Of a stretch of DNA of 64,000 bases, positions 18,786-27,598 are shown piece after piece. The notes under the pieces were generated by a model. It was not told the DNA's origin. It saw only the letters and a program-made list of their open reading frames with translations, and searched no databases. The stretch's first letter is position 1; every line of letters begins with the position of its first letter. The DNA is from an uncultured Candidatus Binatia bacterium. Lineage in GTDB: Bacteria > Desulfobacterota > Binatia > UBA9968 > JAJDTQ01. The DNA lies in NCBI GenBank assembly GCA_965213675.1, contig OZ243916.1, positions 2,144,001 to 2,208,000 on the forward strand, read 5' to 3'. The position numbers were made by a program, and so were the translations under genes.

Positions 18786-19577
18786 ATGGGCACAGCCGAC
18801 CATCTCCGCTCATTCGTCGAAAACCGCGCCACGCAGCGCTGGATCACGCTCCTGATCGTGCTGAACGCGTTGGTGCTGGCGCTGGAAACCAGCCCGGCGG
18901 CCATGGCCGCGACGGGGAACGCGCTCAAGATAGCCGACCGGGTGATCCTCGGCGTGTTCGTGGTGGAGATCCTGCTCAAGATAGCGGGGCAGCGCCGCGA
19001 CTTCGTCCGCGATCCGTGGAACCACTTCGACACCCTGATTGTCGCCATCGCGCTGATTCCCGCCACCGAGTTTCTTTCGGTGATGCGCGCCCTTCGCATC
19101 CTGCGGGTGTTCCGGTTGATTTCCGCCGTGCCCTCCATGCGCCGCGTGGTCGGCGCGCTGCTCCACGCGGTGCCGGGCATGAGCTCGGTGGTGATGCTGC
19201 TGTCGGTAATCTATTTCGTGTTCTCGGTCATGGCCACCAACCTCTTCGGCAGCCAGTTTCCCGCGTGGTTCGGCAACATCGGCAGTTCCGCCTACACCCT
19301 GTTTCAGATCATGACCCTGGAAAGCTGGTCCATGGGCATCGTGCGGCCGGTGATGCAGGTGTTTCCACACGCATGGCTGTTCTTTGTCCCGTTCATCCTG
19401 ATTACGTCGTTCGCCGTGCTGAATCTGTTCATCGGCATCATCGTGGACGCGATGCAGACCCACGGCCACGAGACGACCGAGCCGCCCATGCGTTCCACCC
19501 CGGAACCATCGCTCGCGGAGATCCGGACGGAAATCCGCCAATTGCACGACGCGGTGGCCAGCCTGAAAAGGGAATAG
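18786..19577 (+). CDS. Bacterial voltage-gated sodium channel (BacNav family)
   Basis: S4 RALRILRVFRL; selectivity filter TLESWSMG; S6 FAVLNLFIGIIVDAM; C-terminal coiled coil. Confidence 0.92.
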   Translation: MGTADHLRSFVENRATQRWITLLIVLNALVLALETSPAAMAATGNALKIADRVILGVFVVEILLKIAGQRRDFVRDPWNHFDTLIVAIALIPATEFLSVMRALRILRVFRLISAVPSMRRVVGALLHAVPGMSSVVMLLSVIYFVFSVMATNLFGSQFPAWFGNIGSSAYTLFQIMTLESWSMGIVRPVMQVFPHAWLFFVPFILITSFAVLNLFIGIIVDAMQTHGHETTEPPMRSTPEPSLAEIRTEIRQLHDAVASLKRE

Positions 19578-19616
19578 TGGATTATGGATCGGGGCCTGTG
19601 ACCAGCGCCAGCGAGT

Positions 19617-20630
19617 CTACTGCGGGTCTGGGGCCTGTTCCGACTCGCCCGCACCTCGGAATGCGTCGCTCAACGAAATGAACGCTCCGAAGAACACACC
19701 GCGGCTGCCGTCGGGTTCCCTGAAGTATACACTGTTGAAGCCCGTCACCAGGCGCGGATCGCCAGCCGCATCGGGCGACCCGGAGAGCTGGCCGCCCCAG
19801 TACCCGTCCAACACCGTGAGGGATCGCTCGGGATGCGTCAGGGTTGCTCCCTCGCCCTCGAAGGTCCCATCCGTCTCGAACGGGGTGGCGGCGAACTGCA
19901 TCACATAATCGTCGGTTGCAAAAACAGGCGCTTCGCCCAGGAATGCATTGATGGGGCGGTTGGGTCGGATAACGATATCCCCCTTACAGCCTATGCAACC
20001 CTCCAGGGTTCCCTGAGAGAAGTCCACTTCCAGCGTCATCGTCCCTCCGTAGGCCGCGCCCGCCAAGGTTCTTCGGACATCGTCGCCCCAGTCATCGCCG
20101 TACCCATACAGGAAGGCGCCCGCGGCGGCGCCCTCGTAACTGGCCTGTCCTTCCAACGGGAATGGAGCGCTGTTGGACAGGTCGATTTCCGGGCCATCCA
20201 CAAACAGGTACAGGGAGGTTCTCGGGTCCCAGAAGTCGAGAGCCGGAGGATGCTGATCGGGAAAGTGGAGCCACCATCCTCCTGCCAGATAGTCCTGCGG
20301 ATCATCACTGTTCCAACTTGTCAGGACCGAAGCGAGGGTCGTGCTGTCATGGGCCGTGTTGAGAAGCAGCCAACTCCGCCCCGAGTGGCCCGGAATGGTG
20401 GTCCTGTAGGCCGTGCTGCTTTCGACGTCCCTGGCGGTATTGAGCACCGGAAAGCCGTCCACATCAAGGTCGACGGTCAGCACCTCCCCGTCGAAACTCG
20501 TAATCCTTTGGAAATCGATACTGCCTTCGGACTCTTCCGGTGTCATCGCGTCACCGCCGCCGTGCATACCGCAACCGGCGGTCATGACCGGCAGAAGGAT
20601 GCCCAACAGAACGATTCGGATACGCTTCAT
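19617..20630 (-). CDS. Lipoprotein with a TbpB-like C-terminal beta-barrel
   Basis: MKRIR...MTAGC lipobox; DYLAGGWW, GQASYEGAA, LEVDFSQG, GYWGGQLS pattern. Confidence 0.65.
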   Translation of the reverse strand: MKRIRIVLLGILLPVMTAGCGMHGGGDAMTPEESEGSIDFQRITSFDGEVLTVDLDVDGFPVLNTARDVESSTAYRTTIPGHSGRSWLLLNTAHDSTTLASVLTSWNSDDPQDYLAGGWWLHFPDQHPPALDFWDPRTSLYLFVDGPEIDLSNSAPFPLEGQASYEGAAAGAFLYGYGDDWGDDVRRTLAGAAYGGTMTLEVDFSQGTLEGCIGCKGDIVIRPNRPINAFLGEAPVFATDDYVMQFAATPFETDGTFEGEGATLTHPERSLTVLDGYWGGQLSGSPDAAGDPRLVTGFNSVYFREPDGSRGVFFGAFISLSDAFRGAGESEQAPDPQ

Positions 20631-20659
20631 TTTCGTTCCCCTCGGACTCGCCGTCCGGT

Positions 20660-21565
20660 TCAGACCCTTGATACCCCCGAGCCGGCGGGCGGCTGCGATT
20701 TGCCCGGGATCCACTCCACCTCCTTGCGCGGGCCGTGGGCGCGGACGGTAAAGCGGGCCTTGCCGAGCTTTTCGATGTCGATCTCCAGGGTGTCGCCGTT
20801 GTTCATCGGCCCAAGGCCCACGTGATAGGTACCGGTGGCGATGACGTCGCCGGGCTGAAGCTGCACGAAGCGCGACAGCCATGACACCAGTTCGGGGATC
20901 TTGTGGGCCATGTGGCGGGTGTTGTAGTCCTGCCGGGCCTCGCCGCCGACCCAGGATCTGACCGTGAGGTCGTGGGGATCGGGGACCTCGTCCGCGGTGG
21001 TGATCCAGGGCCCGCAGGGGCTGTGGCTACCCTGTCCCTTGGGCAGGAACTGGGTGCGGCGCACCATGCCGCGGTTGGAGATGTCGAAGAACGGCACGTA
21101 GCCGAACACCGCGTCCATGGCGCCGTCCTCGGACAGATTGCGGCCGCACGATCCCATGACGAAGGCCAGCTCGGCCTCGGGCTGGGTCACCGCCACCGCG
21201 GGGATGTCGGGCAACTCCACCACGCCGTCCGGCCCCACCAACTCGGGCGCCTTGTAGAAGAACTCGATGGGCAGGCTCTCCGGCGTGCGCTCCGGCGAGT
21301 CCAGATAGTTGACGAAGGCCGCCAGGCACTTGCTCGGCCTGGGGATGGGCGCCAGCAGCTTGACCACGCTCAGCGGGAAGCCCGACCCCTCGCGCAACAG
21401 CCGCTCGAACTCCTTTCGGTAGTCGTCAAAGTTGGCGATCACCTCTTCCATCACCCGCTGCGGACCCTTTTCCACGCGGTACTGGATGATGCCGCTCACG
21501 TCCACCACGTTGCTGCCGTTCTTGAGAACGCCGACGCGATCATCGTTGAAACGGAGAATTTTCAT
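20660..21565 (-). CDS. Fumarylacetoacetate hydrolase family protein
   Basis: PEAELAFV, FFDISNR, PCGPWITT, LQPGDVIATGT. Confidence 0.9.
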   Translation of the reverse strand: MKILRFNDDRVGVLKNGSNVVDVSGIIQYRVEKGPQRVMEEVIANFDDYRKEFERLLREGSGFPLSVVKLLAPIPRPSKCLAAFVNYLDSPERTPESLPIEFFYKAPELVGPDGVVELPDIPAVAVTQPEAELAFVMGSCGRNLSEDGAMDAVFGYVPFFDISNRGMVRRTQFLPKGQGSHSPCGPWITTADEVPDPHDLTVRSWVGGEARQDYNTRHMAHKIPELVSWLSRFVQLQPGDVIATGTYHVGLGPMNNGDTLEIDIEKLGKARFTVRAHGPRKEVEWIPGKSQPPAGSGVSRV

Positions 21566-21605
21566 GGGAAGCGTTCCTTGCGTTGTGCCGCTGTGGTGGA
21601 CCCCG

Positions 21606-21630
21606 GCAGGGGCGACCAGCCGGTCGCCCT
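21606..21630. repeat. GTAG-type REP-like hairpin
   Basis: GCAGGGGCGACCAGCCGGTCGCCCT; a related inverted copy GGGGCGACCGCCGGTCTCCCCTAC lies at about 56796-56819. Confidence 0.55.
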
Positions 21631-21652
21631 TCCATCGCCCACCGGAAAGCGT

Positions 21653-23365
21653 TTAATCGTTCACGGGATCCAGCCAGAGGTCCACCAGCGCCAGCCGCCC
21701 GTCGCGCACTGCCTGAAGACCGCGTTCCAGCGCGCCCTTGACGTCGGCCGGGTTCTGCACGCGCTCGCCAAAGCCCTCGAAGGCCCGGGCGATGGCGGGA
21801 TAGTCGGGGGCGGGCGCAATGGAGGTGCCGACGAACTGGTTGGTGCGCACGGCCCAGCCGTCGGGGTAGTACGCAGGCATGCCTCGCTTCATGGACTTGT
21901 AGCCGTGGTTGTTCATGAGCACGATGAGAATCGGCATGCGGAACTCCTGGACGAAGCCGAAGCCCGCGATACCGGGGTTGTAGTTGAAGGAGCCGTCGCC
22001 GATGACCAGCACCACCGGCCGATCCGGGTGCGCGGCCTTGACCCCCAAAGCGGTGCCCAGGCCCGTGCCCAGGCCGCCGATGCAGCCGCTGAAGAAGTTG
22101 CCGGGCTTGACCCGATCCAGGTACTGGTGCAGCGCCATGCGATGGGTGATGGTCTCCTCCACCAGGTAGACGTCCTCGGGCAGCACCTGGTTGAGCTGGT
22201 ACATCACCCAGTCGGTGTCCATGGGCTCCTTGGACTCCAGGCTCTGCGCGCGCTCGGCCCACGCCGCCCGGCGCGCCGCTCCCTGCGCGCGCACTCTCGC
22301 GCGTCGCTCCCCGGCCGCGGCGCCGCCCTCGACCCCGTCCCTGCGGAGCCGCTCCACCAGCGCGCCCAGGGACGCGTCCAACGCGCCGGCAATGCTCAGG
22401 TCCAACTGAATACCCCAGTAGGGCAGGTTCATGTGCAGCGGCTCCTCGTCCAGCGCCGCCACCTTGGCGCCCTGGGCGATGGCCGCCGAAGCCGGATGCC
22501 ACGGCTGGGTGGCGCCGATGAGGCAGACCACGTCGGCGGCGGCCATGTACTCGCCCGGCTCGAAGCCGCCGTGCAGATCGTGGTCCCGCGGGAAGTTGAA
22601 GTACCCGCTGCTGCGGGTCTCCACCACCGGCGCGTTGAGCAACTCGGCCAACTCCACCATTCGCTCGACGATGGGCGCGCTGCTGCCGGCGTTCTCACTC
22701 ACGATCACCGGGTTCCGCGCGGTGCGCAGCAGCCCGGCCAGTTCGTCGATGGCGGCGGGATCGGGGCTCGGCATGGAGGGCATGGACACCTTGAGGGGCG
22801 CTTCCCGCGTGACCTTGTCGAACAGGTACTCCATGGGCAGCGAAACGAACACCGGTCCGCGCGGCGCGCTCATGGCCATCTGGCAGGCGCGCTGCACGGT
22901 GGACACCAGAATGTTCTTGTCGTTGACCCCGAAGCTCCACTTCACGCACCGGTCCACCAGCCGCGCCGGGCCGCCCACGTCCGAGAGGAAGCGCATCCAC
23001 TGGCCGCCTGGATCGGGGCCGTCATCCTCGCCGAAGGCAATGGACTCGCCGGTGAATACCACCATGGGAACGTGCTCGTGGAGCGCGCCGCGAAGGGCCA
23101 TGGAGCCATGCAGCGCCCCCACCGTGGTGTGGATCATCACGCCCGGCAGCTTGCCGGTGGACTTGGCGTAGCCGCTGGCCATGGCCAGCGCGATCTCTTC
23201 GTGGCGCGTGCTCATGTACATGGGCATGCTCTCGTCCGGCTTGGCCAGCGCCTCCCACACCGGCGACCACTCCGAGCCCGGCGACGCAAAGATGCGCTCC
23301 ACGCCCATGCCCGACAGAACGCGCAGAAAGGCTTCTCCACCCGTGAGTCCGTTGACATCGATCAT
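21653..23365 (-). CDS. Thiamine pyrophosphate-dependent enzyme (acetolactate synthase / benzoylformate decarboxylase-like)
   Basis: RHEEIALAMASGYA; TPP-binding motif GDGSF...NNHGY. Confidence 0.9.
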   Translation of the reverse strand: MIDVNGLTGGEAFLRVLSGMGVERIFASPGSEWSPVWEALAKPDESMPMYMSTRHEEIALAMASGYAKSTGKLPGVMIHTTVGALHGSMALRGALHEHVPMVVFTGESIAFGEDDGPDPGGQWMRFLSDVGGPARLVDRCVKWSFGVNDKNILVSTVQRACQMAMSAPRGPVFVSLPMEYLFDKVTREAPLKVSMPSMPSPDPAAIDELAGLLRTARNPVIVSENAGSSAPIVERMVELAELLNAPVVETRSSGYFNFPRDHDLHGGFEPGEYMAAADVVCLIGATQPWHPASAAIAQGAKVAALDEEPLHMNLPYWGIQLDLSIAGALDASLGALVERLRRDGVEGGAAAGERRARVRAQGAARRAAWAERAQSLESKEPMDTDWVMYQLNQVLPEDVYLVEETITHRMALHQYLDRVKPGNFFSGCIGGLGTGLGTALGVKAAHPDRPVVLVIGDGSFNYNPGIAGFGFVQEFRMPILIVLMNNHGYKSMKRGMPAYYPDGWAVRTNQFVGTSIAPAPDYPAIARAFEGFGERVQNPADVKGALERGLQAVRDGRLALVDLWLDPVND

Positions 23366-23417
23366 GTGTCATTCCTCCGACTCGTGCATAGACCGCGAGG
23401 CTGGGGCGGTCAACTAT

Positions 23418-24638
23418 TCAAGAACGCTTGGCGGCGAAAGTGGGGAGCCACCCGGCGGGCGGCCTCAAGTCCAGCGAAGTCTCATCCACGGAGGTGCGCC
23501 CGGACAGGAGCACGCGCTCGCCGCGGTACGCCCACACGCGCAGATCGGCCCACACCTGTCCGTCACCGGCCAGGGAGATGCGCGGCCGCCCGACCTTGCG
23601 CTGGGCGACGTAGCCTTCGCCGCGCCGCGCCAGCCGCTGCAGGCGCGAGCGCCCCACGCGCGCGCTGGTCAGGAAGCCCCGGCTCGCGTGGCTGCGGATG
23701 GGCTTGAACACGAACCGCTCCCGGTCCGCCGCCAGGCTGTCGAGGTTGTCGGGCCGAAGCAGATGGGTCTCGGGAATATGGCGGCTCAAGACCGCGCGCT
23801 CGCCCGGCTCGATGCCAAGCTCCCGGTCCCACTGCGGCAGGGAAAGAAACTCCAACAGACGCTTGTCGCTGCGCGTCGCATAAGTGAAGGGGCTCGGCGC
23901 CACGTAGACGCCGCCGCTCACGAACGCGTCGCGCAAGGCGCGCGTCACTTCCTTCTCCAGGAAGAAGTCCGTGGAGCGGTTCACGATGAAGCACACGGGT
24001 TCACCGCGGTGACGCAGCCGGGTTCCGTCCCAGTCGATATCCGCCGTGGACGCCACGGCCGCGCGCCATCCCTCGCCGTGGAACAGATCCCGAAGCATCT
24101 CCATTTCGCGCTGGAACTTGCCCCGTTCCAGGGCTTCGGGCTCGTCGAGGATGAGGAAGAGGCCGTCGGGCGCCGTGCCGAAGAAACCCTCGGCCTCCCG
24201 CCGCACCATGCGGATGATCTGCTGACCCAGCCCGGCGACCGAGGGCGGCGCTTCGACGGCCGCCTGGCGGTCCGGTTCCAGGAGCGCATGGTAATGTTCG
24301 TTGATGAGGGCGGCGAAGAGAAGTCCGGAGCCGTTGTCGTTGAACTCGATGACCTGCCAGGGGCCTTCGGGAGGCAGGTGGAAGTCCCACGCGCTGAAGA
24401 AGCACACCTCCGGGCGGACCGACGGCACGTCCTGGCCCGAGGAAGCGAGAACGGAATTCTGCCATGCGGGACGGGTGGTGACGCGCTCGAAGACGCGGAT
24501 GAACGCGTCGATCTCCGCCAGCACCGGCGCGGGTATCGCCTGATGCGCGAACGTGACCGAAAACTCATCCGGCACGCCGGGGATGCCCGCGGCGCCAAGC
24601 CGGCTCCAAAACTCTCGGCGCCGATCAACCTTGCCCAT
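23418..24638 (-). CDS. Circularly permuted ATP-grasp ligase-like protein
   Basis: WDFHL...IEFNDNG, NRSTD, SDKRLL, IPETHL, VFKP..SHASRG, YVAQ, DLRVWAY, GR motif order of the glutathione-synthase-like CP-ATP-grasp fold. Confidence 0.7.
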   Translation of the reverse strand: MGKVDRRREFWSRLGAAGIPGVPDEFSVTFAHQAIPAPVLAEIDAFIRVFERVTTRPAWQNSVLASSGQDVPSVRPEVCFFSAWDFHLPPEGPWQVIEFNDNGSGLLFAALINEHYHALLEPDRQAAVEAPPSVAGLGQQIIRMVRREAEGFFGTAPDGLFLILDEPEALERGKFQREMEMLRDLFHGEGWRAAVASTADIDWDGTRLRHRGEPVCFIVNRSTDFFLEKEVTRALRDAFVSGGVYVAPSPFTYATRSDKRLLEFLSLPQWDRELGIEPGERAVLSRHIPETHLLRPDNLDSLAADRERFVFKPIRSHASRGFLTSARVGRSRLQRLARRGEGYVAQRKVGRPRISLAGDGQVWADLRVWAYRGERVLLSGRTSVDETSLDLRPPAGWLPTFAAKRS

Positions 24639-25506
24639 GAAGAACCCGTATCAGACGCTGCAAGAAAAGCGCCACCTCGGCGTCGTCCTCCAGCCGATAC
24701 CGCGCCGCGGTCGACCGGGGCTCGTCCGCCACGAGAATCCCGACTCCCGTCCCATCCACGGCCACAAAGGCGTCTTCATCGGTGGTGTCGTCGCCCAGGT
24801 ACAGCGGCGCCACGCCCGCATGGTCGAGGTCGAGGGCCGCCAAAATCCATTGGACCGCCCGACCCTTGTTCCAGTCGAACTGCGGGCGGATCTCGAAGAC
24901 CTTCTTGGCGTGGGTCTTGCGCAGCGTAGGGTAGTCCGGCATCAACCCGTCCACGACGGACTCCACACGCGCCACCGCCGACTCTTGCACGAGCCGGTAG
25001 TGCACGGCCAGGGAGTAGCCTTTGGTTTCGAGCAGCAGGCCGGGGGTATTCCCAATGGCGCGGTGCAACCGCCGATGCAGTTCCTCCATGACCGGAAGAA
25101 ATTCCTGCCCCACCTCGTGGTGGATTCCGGAGCCCACAGGTCCGACGATCTCGAACCCATGTGTTCCGGCGTAGTAGACATTGTCTAGGCGGACATGCGC
25201 CTGCACGTCCTTGCGCGTGCGCCCGCTGACGATGGCGGTCACGCAACGGTCGCCCAGCCGCCGCACCACCGCGCGCATCTCGTCGGAGAGCACGGCCTGC
25301 TCCGGGGTGTCCACGATGGGCGTCAGGGTCCCGTCGTAGTCGAGGAACACCGCCGCGACCCTGCCTCCGAGCGTATTCTCGATGTCGTGGAAGTCGGCCA
25401 GCGCGGACGGGATCGTCCATTCGGAGATCATCACCGGGTCACCGGCTTTCGGCTTGCCCATGATCGGCCTGGACGCCATCGCCGCGTTCACGGGACGCGC
25501 CCGCAT
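24625..25506 (-). CDS. otsB: Trehalose-6-phosphate phosphatase
   Basis: FLDYDGTLTPIV, IVSGR, YAGTHG, KKVFEIRP, WNKG, YLGDDTTDEDAF; start uncertain. Confidence 0.92.
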   Translation of the reverse strand: MRARPVNAAMASRPIMGKPKAGDPVMISEWTIPSALADFHDIENTLGGRVAAVFLDYDGTLTPIVDTPEQAVLSDEMRAVVRRLGDRCVTAIVSGRTRKDVQAHVRLDNVYYAGTHGFEIVGPVGSGIHHEVGQEFLPVMEELHRRLHRAIGNTPGLLLETKGYSLAVHYRLVQESAVARVESVVDGLMPDYPTLRKTHAKKVFEIRPQFDWNKGRAVQWILAALDLDHAGVAPLYLGDDTTDEDAFVAVDGTGVGILVADEPRSTAARYRLEDDAEVALFLQRLIRVLHGQG

Positions 25507-25819
25507 CGTCGCCTTCGGGCTTCAGGCAGGGCTTGGCATCGGCTGACTGGAAAAAGGTCGGGAAGAACGCCACGGCGAGAAAGGGAAGGGTTGCTTGTTC
25601 GGGCGTGATCCTGCCGACTTCGGCAAAGAGCCTTGAGTGCTGTAGACCACGTCATCGTAAACGAACCACGATACCAAGCAGTGCCTTCGTGCGCAAGGCG
25701 TGTTGTTGGCATGCATGAAAATTGGCGCCGGAGAGGCTATAATGCGTTTCGGCGTTAAGCCAACGGCGGTCCCACGGCGATTTCAGCCAGCGGCCATCCA
25801 TGAAGACTGCGGCAGGCAC

Positions 25820-26971
25820 TTGGGGGGTGAACCATTGAACATCACCTTCGGCATTGAGGAAGAGTTCTTTCTTGTCGACCCGGACACCCGGGACATGATC
25901 GCCGACCCGGATCCCGGGATCTTCGACTGGTGCGAGAAGAACCGCGGACGCCATATGTTCGTGCACGAGTTTCTCCGCGCCCAGATCGAATGCAACACGC
26001 GCGTGTGCAACTCGGTGGCCGAGCTGCGCGGTGCGCTACGGGAGACGCGCGCCATCGCGGCCGAGGGCGCGCGACGGCACGGAGCCGCGATCATGGCGGC
26101 CTCCACCCACCCGTTCGCGGCGTGGGAAGCCCAGATGAGCACACCCAAGGAGCGCTATCAACGGCTCGCCGACCAGTTCCAGGAGGATGCGCGACGGTTC
26201 CTGGTGAGCGCCATGCACATACACGCGAGCTTCGGCGACGCCGACTCGCGCATCCGCGTCATGACCGCCATGCGCCGCTACATGCCGTTGCTGCACGCCC
26301 TTTCTGGTTCCTCGCCCTTCAGCGGCGGGCGCGAAACCGGTTTCAAGTCCTACCGGTTGACGCTTCTCGGAGCCTTGCCGCGCACCGGCATGCCGAGACC
26401 CCTGTGGTCCCGTGCGGAATTCGATCAGCTCGTGGCCGATTATCAGCGCATGAACCTCATCAGCGACGGCACCGTTTTATGGTGGGACATCCGACCGTCG
26501 GCGCGCTTTCCCACCATCGAACTGCGCATCTGCGACATCTGCCCGCGCATTGAGGACGCCATGTGCATCGCCGCCCTGTACGCCTGTCTCATCCAGCGGC
26601 TGTCGCGCCTCGATCGCGATGGCGCCCTGCCGCAGGAACCGCCCACCGAGATCATCGCCGAAAACCGCTGGATCGCCCAGCGCTACGGCGTGCTCGGCTT
26701 CCACGGCGACCCCGAGCACGGCGGCCGCAAGGATGTCGCCGACTTCGCCGAGGAATTGGTGGAAGAACTTGCCGAAGACGCCCGCGCCCTGGGCTGCGAG
26801 CCCGAGGTACGCCACACCCTCGACATCATTCGCAATGGCGCCGCCGCCGACCGGCAAGTGGACCACTACCGGCTGCGCCGCCTGGAGGGCGACAGCGACG
26901 CCCAGGCCATGCGCGCGGTGGTGGATCTGGTGATGGAGGAGACGATGGAGGGAGTGGGAGCGGCGAGTTGA
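25820..26971 (+). CDS. ybdK: Carboxylate-amine ligase, GCS2/YbdK family
   Basis: TFGIEEEFFLVD, STHPF, MHIH, SSPF..GRETG, WWDIRPS, TIELRICD, ENRW; TTG start at 25820 inferred (ORF open from 25700). Confidence 0.88.
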   Translation: MGGEPLNITFGIEEEFFLVDPDTRDMIADPDPGIFDWCEKNRGRHMFVHEFLRAQIECNTRVCNSVAELRGALRETRAIAAEGARRHGAAIMAASTHPFAAWEAQMSTPKERYQRLADQFQEDARRFLVSAMHIHASFGDADSRIRVMTAMRRYMPLLHALSGSSPFSGGRETGFKSYRLTLLGALPRTGMPRPLWSRAEFDQLVADYQRMNLISDGTVLWWDIRPSARFPTIELRICDICPRIEDAMCIAALYACLIQRLSRLDRDGALPQEPPTEIIAENRWIAQRYGVLGFHGDPEHGGRKDVADFAEELVEELAEDARALGCEPEVRHTLDIIRNGAAADRQVDHYRLRRLEGDSDAQAMRAVVDLVMEETMEGVGAAS

Positions 26972-27057
26972 GGCGCGATGACGAGCAGTGGCGGGTACCA
27001 CGCGAGGAAGAGCAACGCAGCCGACGACAAAATATCCTCCGCAGATTATGACGCGCA

Positions 27058-27429
27058 TTAACCAGACACCACACTAGCTGCACCGCTGAGAACTGTCTTT
27101 TGAAGTGGAGGAACTAACGCCAGCGCCGTCTCGATATCCGCGCCGGCCCAGTCATTGATCTTGTAGGTCACCACCCCGCGATCCGGGGAGTTCCACCGGG
27201 CCACGGCTCCGTCTTCACACGTCATCCGCTGGATTTGCACCATGCGCGCGCCGTCGCCATGGCCCGGCGCTTCATGGTCCCGAAGGAATCGGGCGCCGTC
27301 TTCCTCGCCGCAGGCGGCTCCGGTCTCCGCGCCTTCGGCGTTCGTGCACGCCTCGCCGTTGGAATGGCACAGCGTCAACGTGAATGCCAGGACAAGAAGA
27401 TGCGAGATTGCTTGATTGGGCGTGAACAT
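27058..27429 (-). CDS. Hypothetical small protein or gene remnant
   Basis: ATG-initiated 123-codon frame with a hydrophobic N-terminus; no motif recognised. Confidence 0.3.
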   Translation of the reverse strand: MFTPNQAISHLLVLAFTLTLCHSNGEACTNAEGAETGAACGEEDGARFLRDHEAPGHGDGARMVQIQRMTCEDGAVARWNSPDRGVVTYKINDWAGADIETALALVPPLQKTVLSGAASVVSG

Positions 27430-27546
27430 GCTGACGTCGGCATTCTCGTCGTATGGCGGAAGGCCTTGGGCGCAGTCACCGCAAACCGCGCCCTTATACA
27501 CCGTCAGGTGTCCGGTCTGCATCCCGCAGGGAACCACGAAGAAGAA

Positions 27547-27572
27547 CGGGAGGGCGCCGAAGCGCCCTCCCG
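27547..27572 (-). terminator. Intrinsic terminator of phoX
   Basis: 11-bp GC stem with a C(UUCG)G loop on the minus strand followed by UUCUUCUU. Confidence 0.75.
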
Positions 27573-27598
27573 GGGGAAGAGGGGAAGGATGCAACGGC

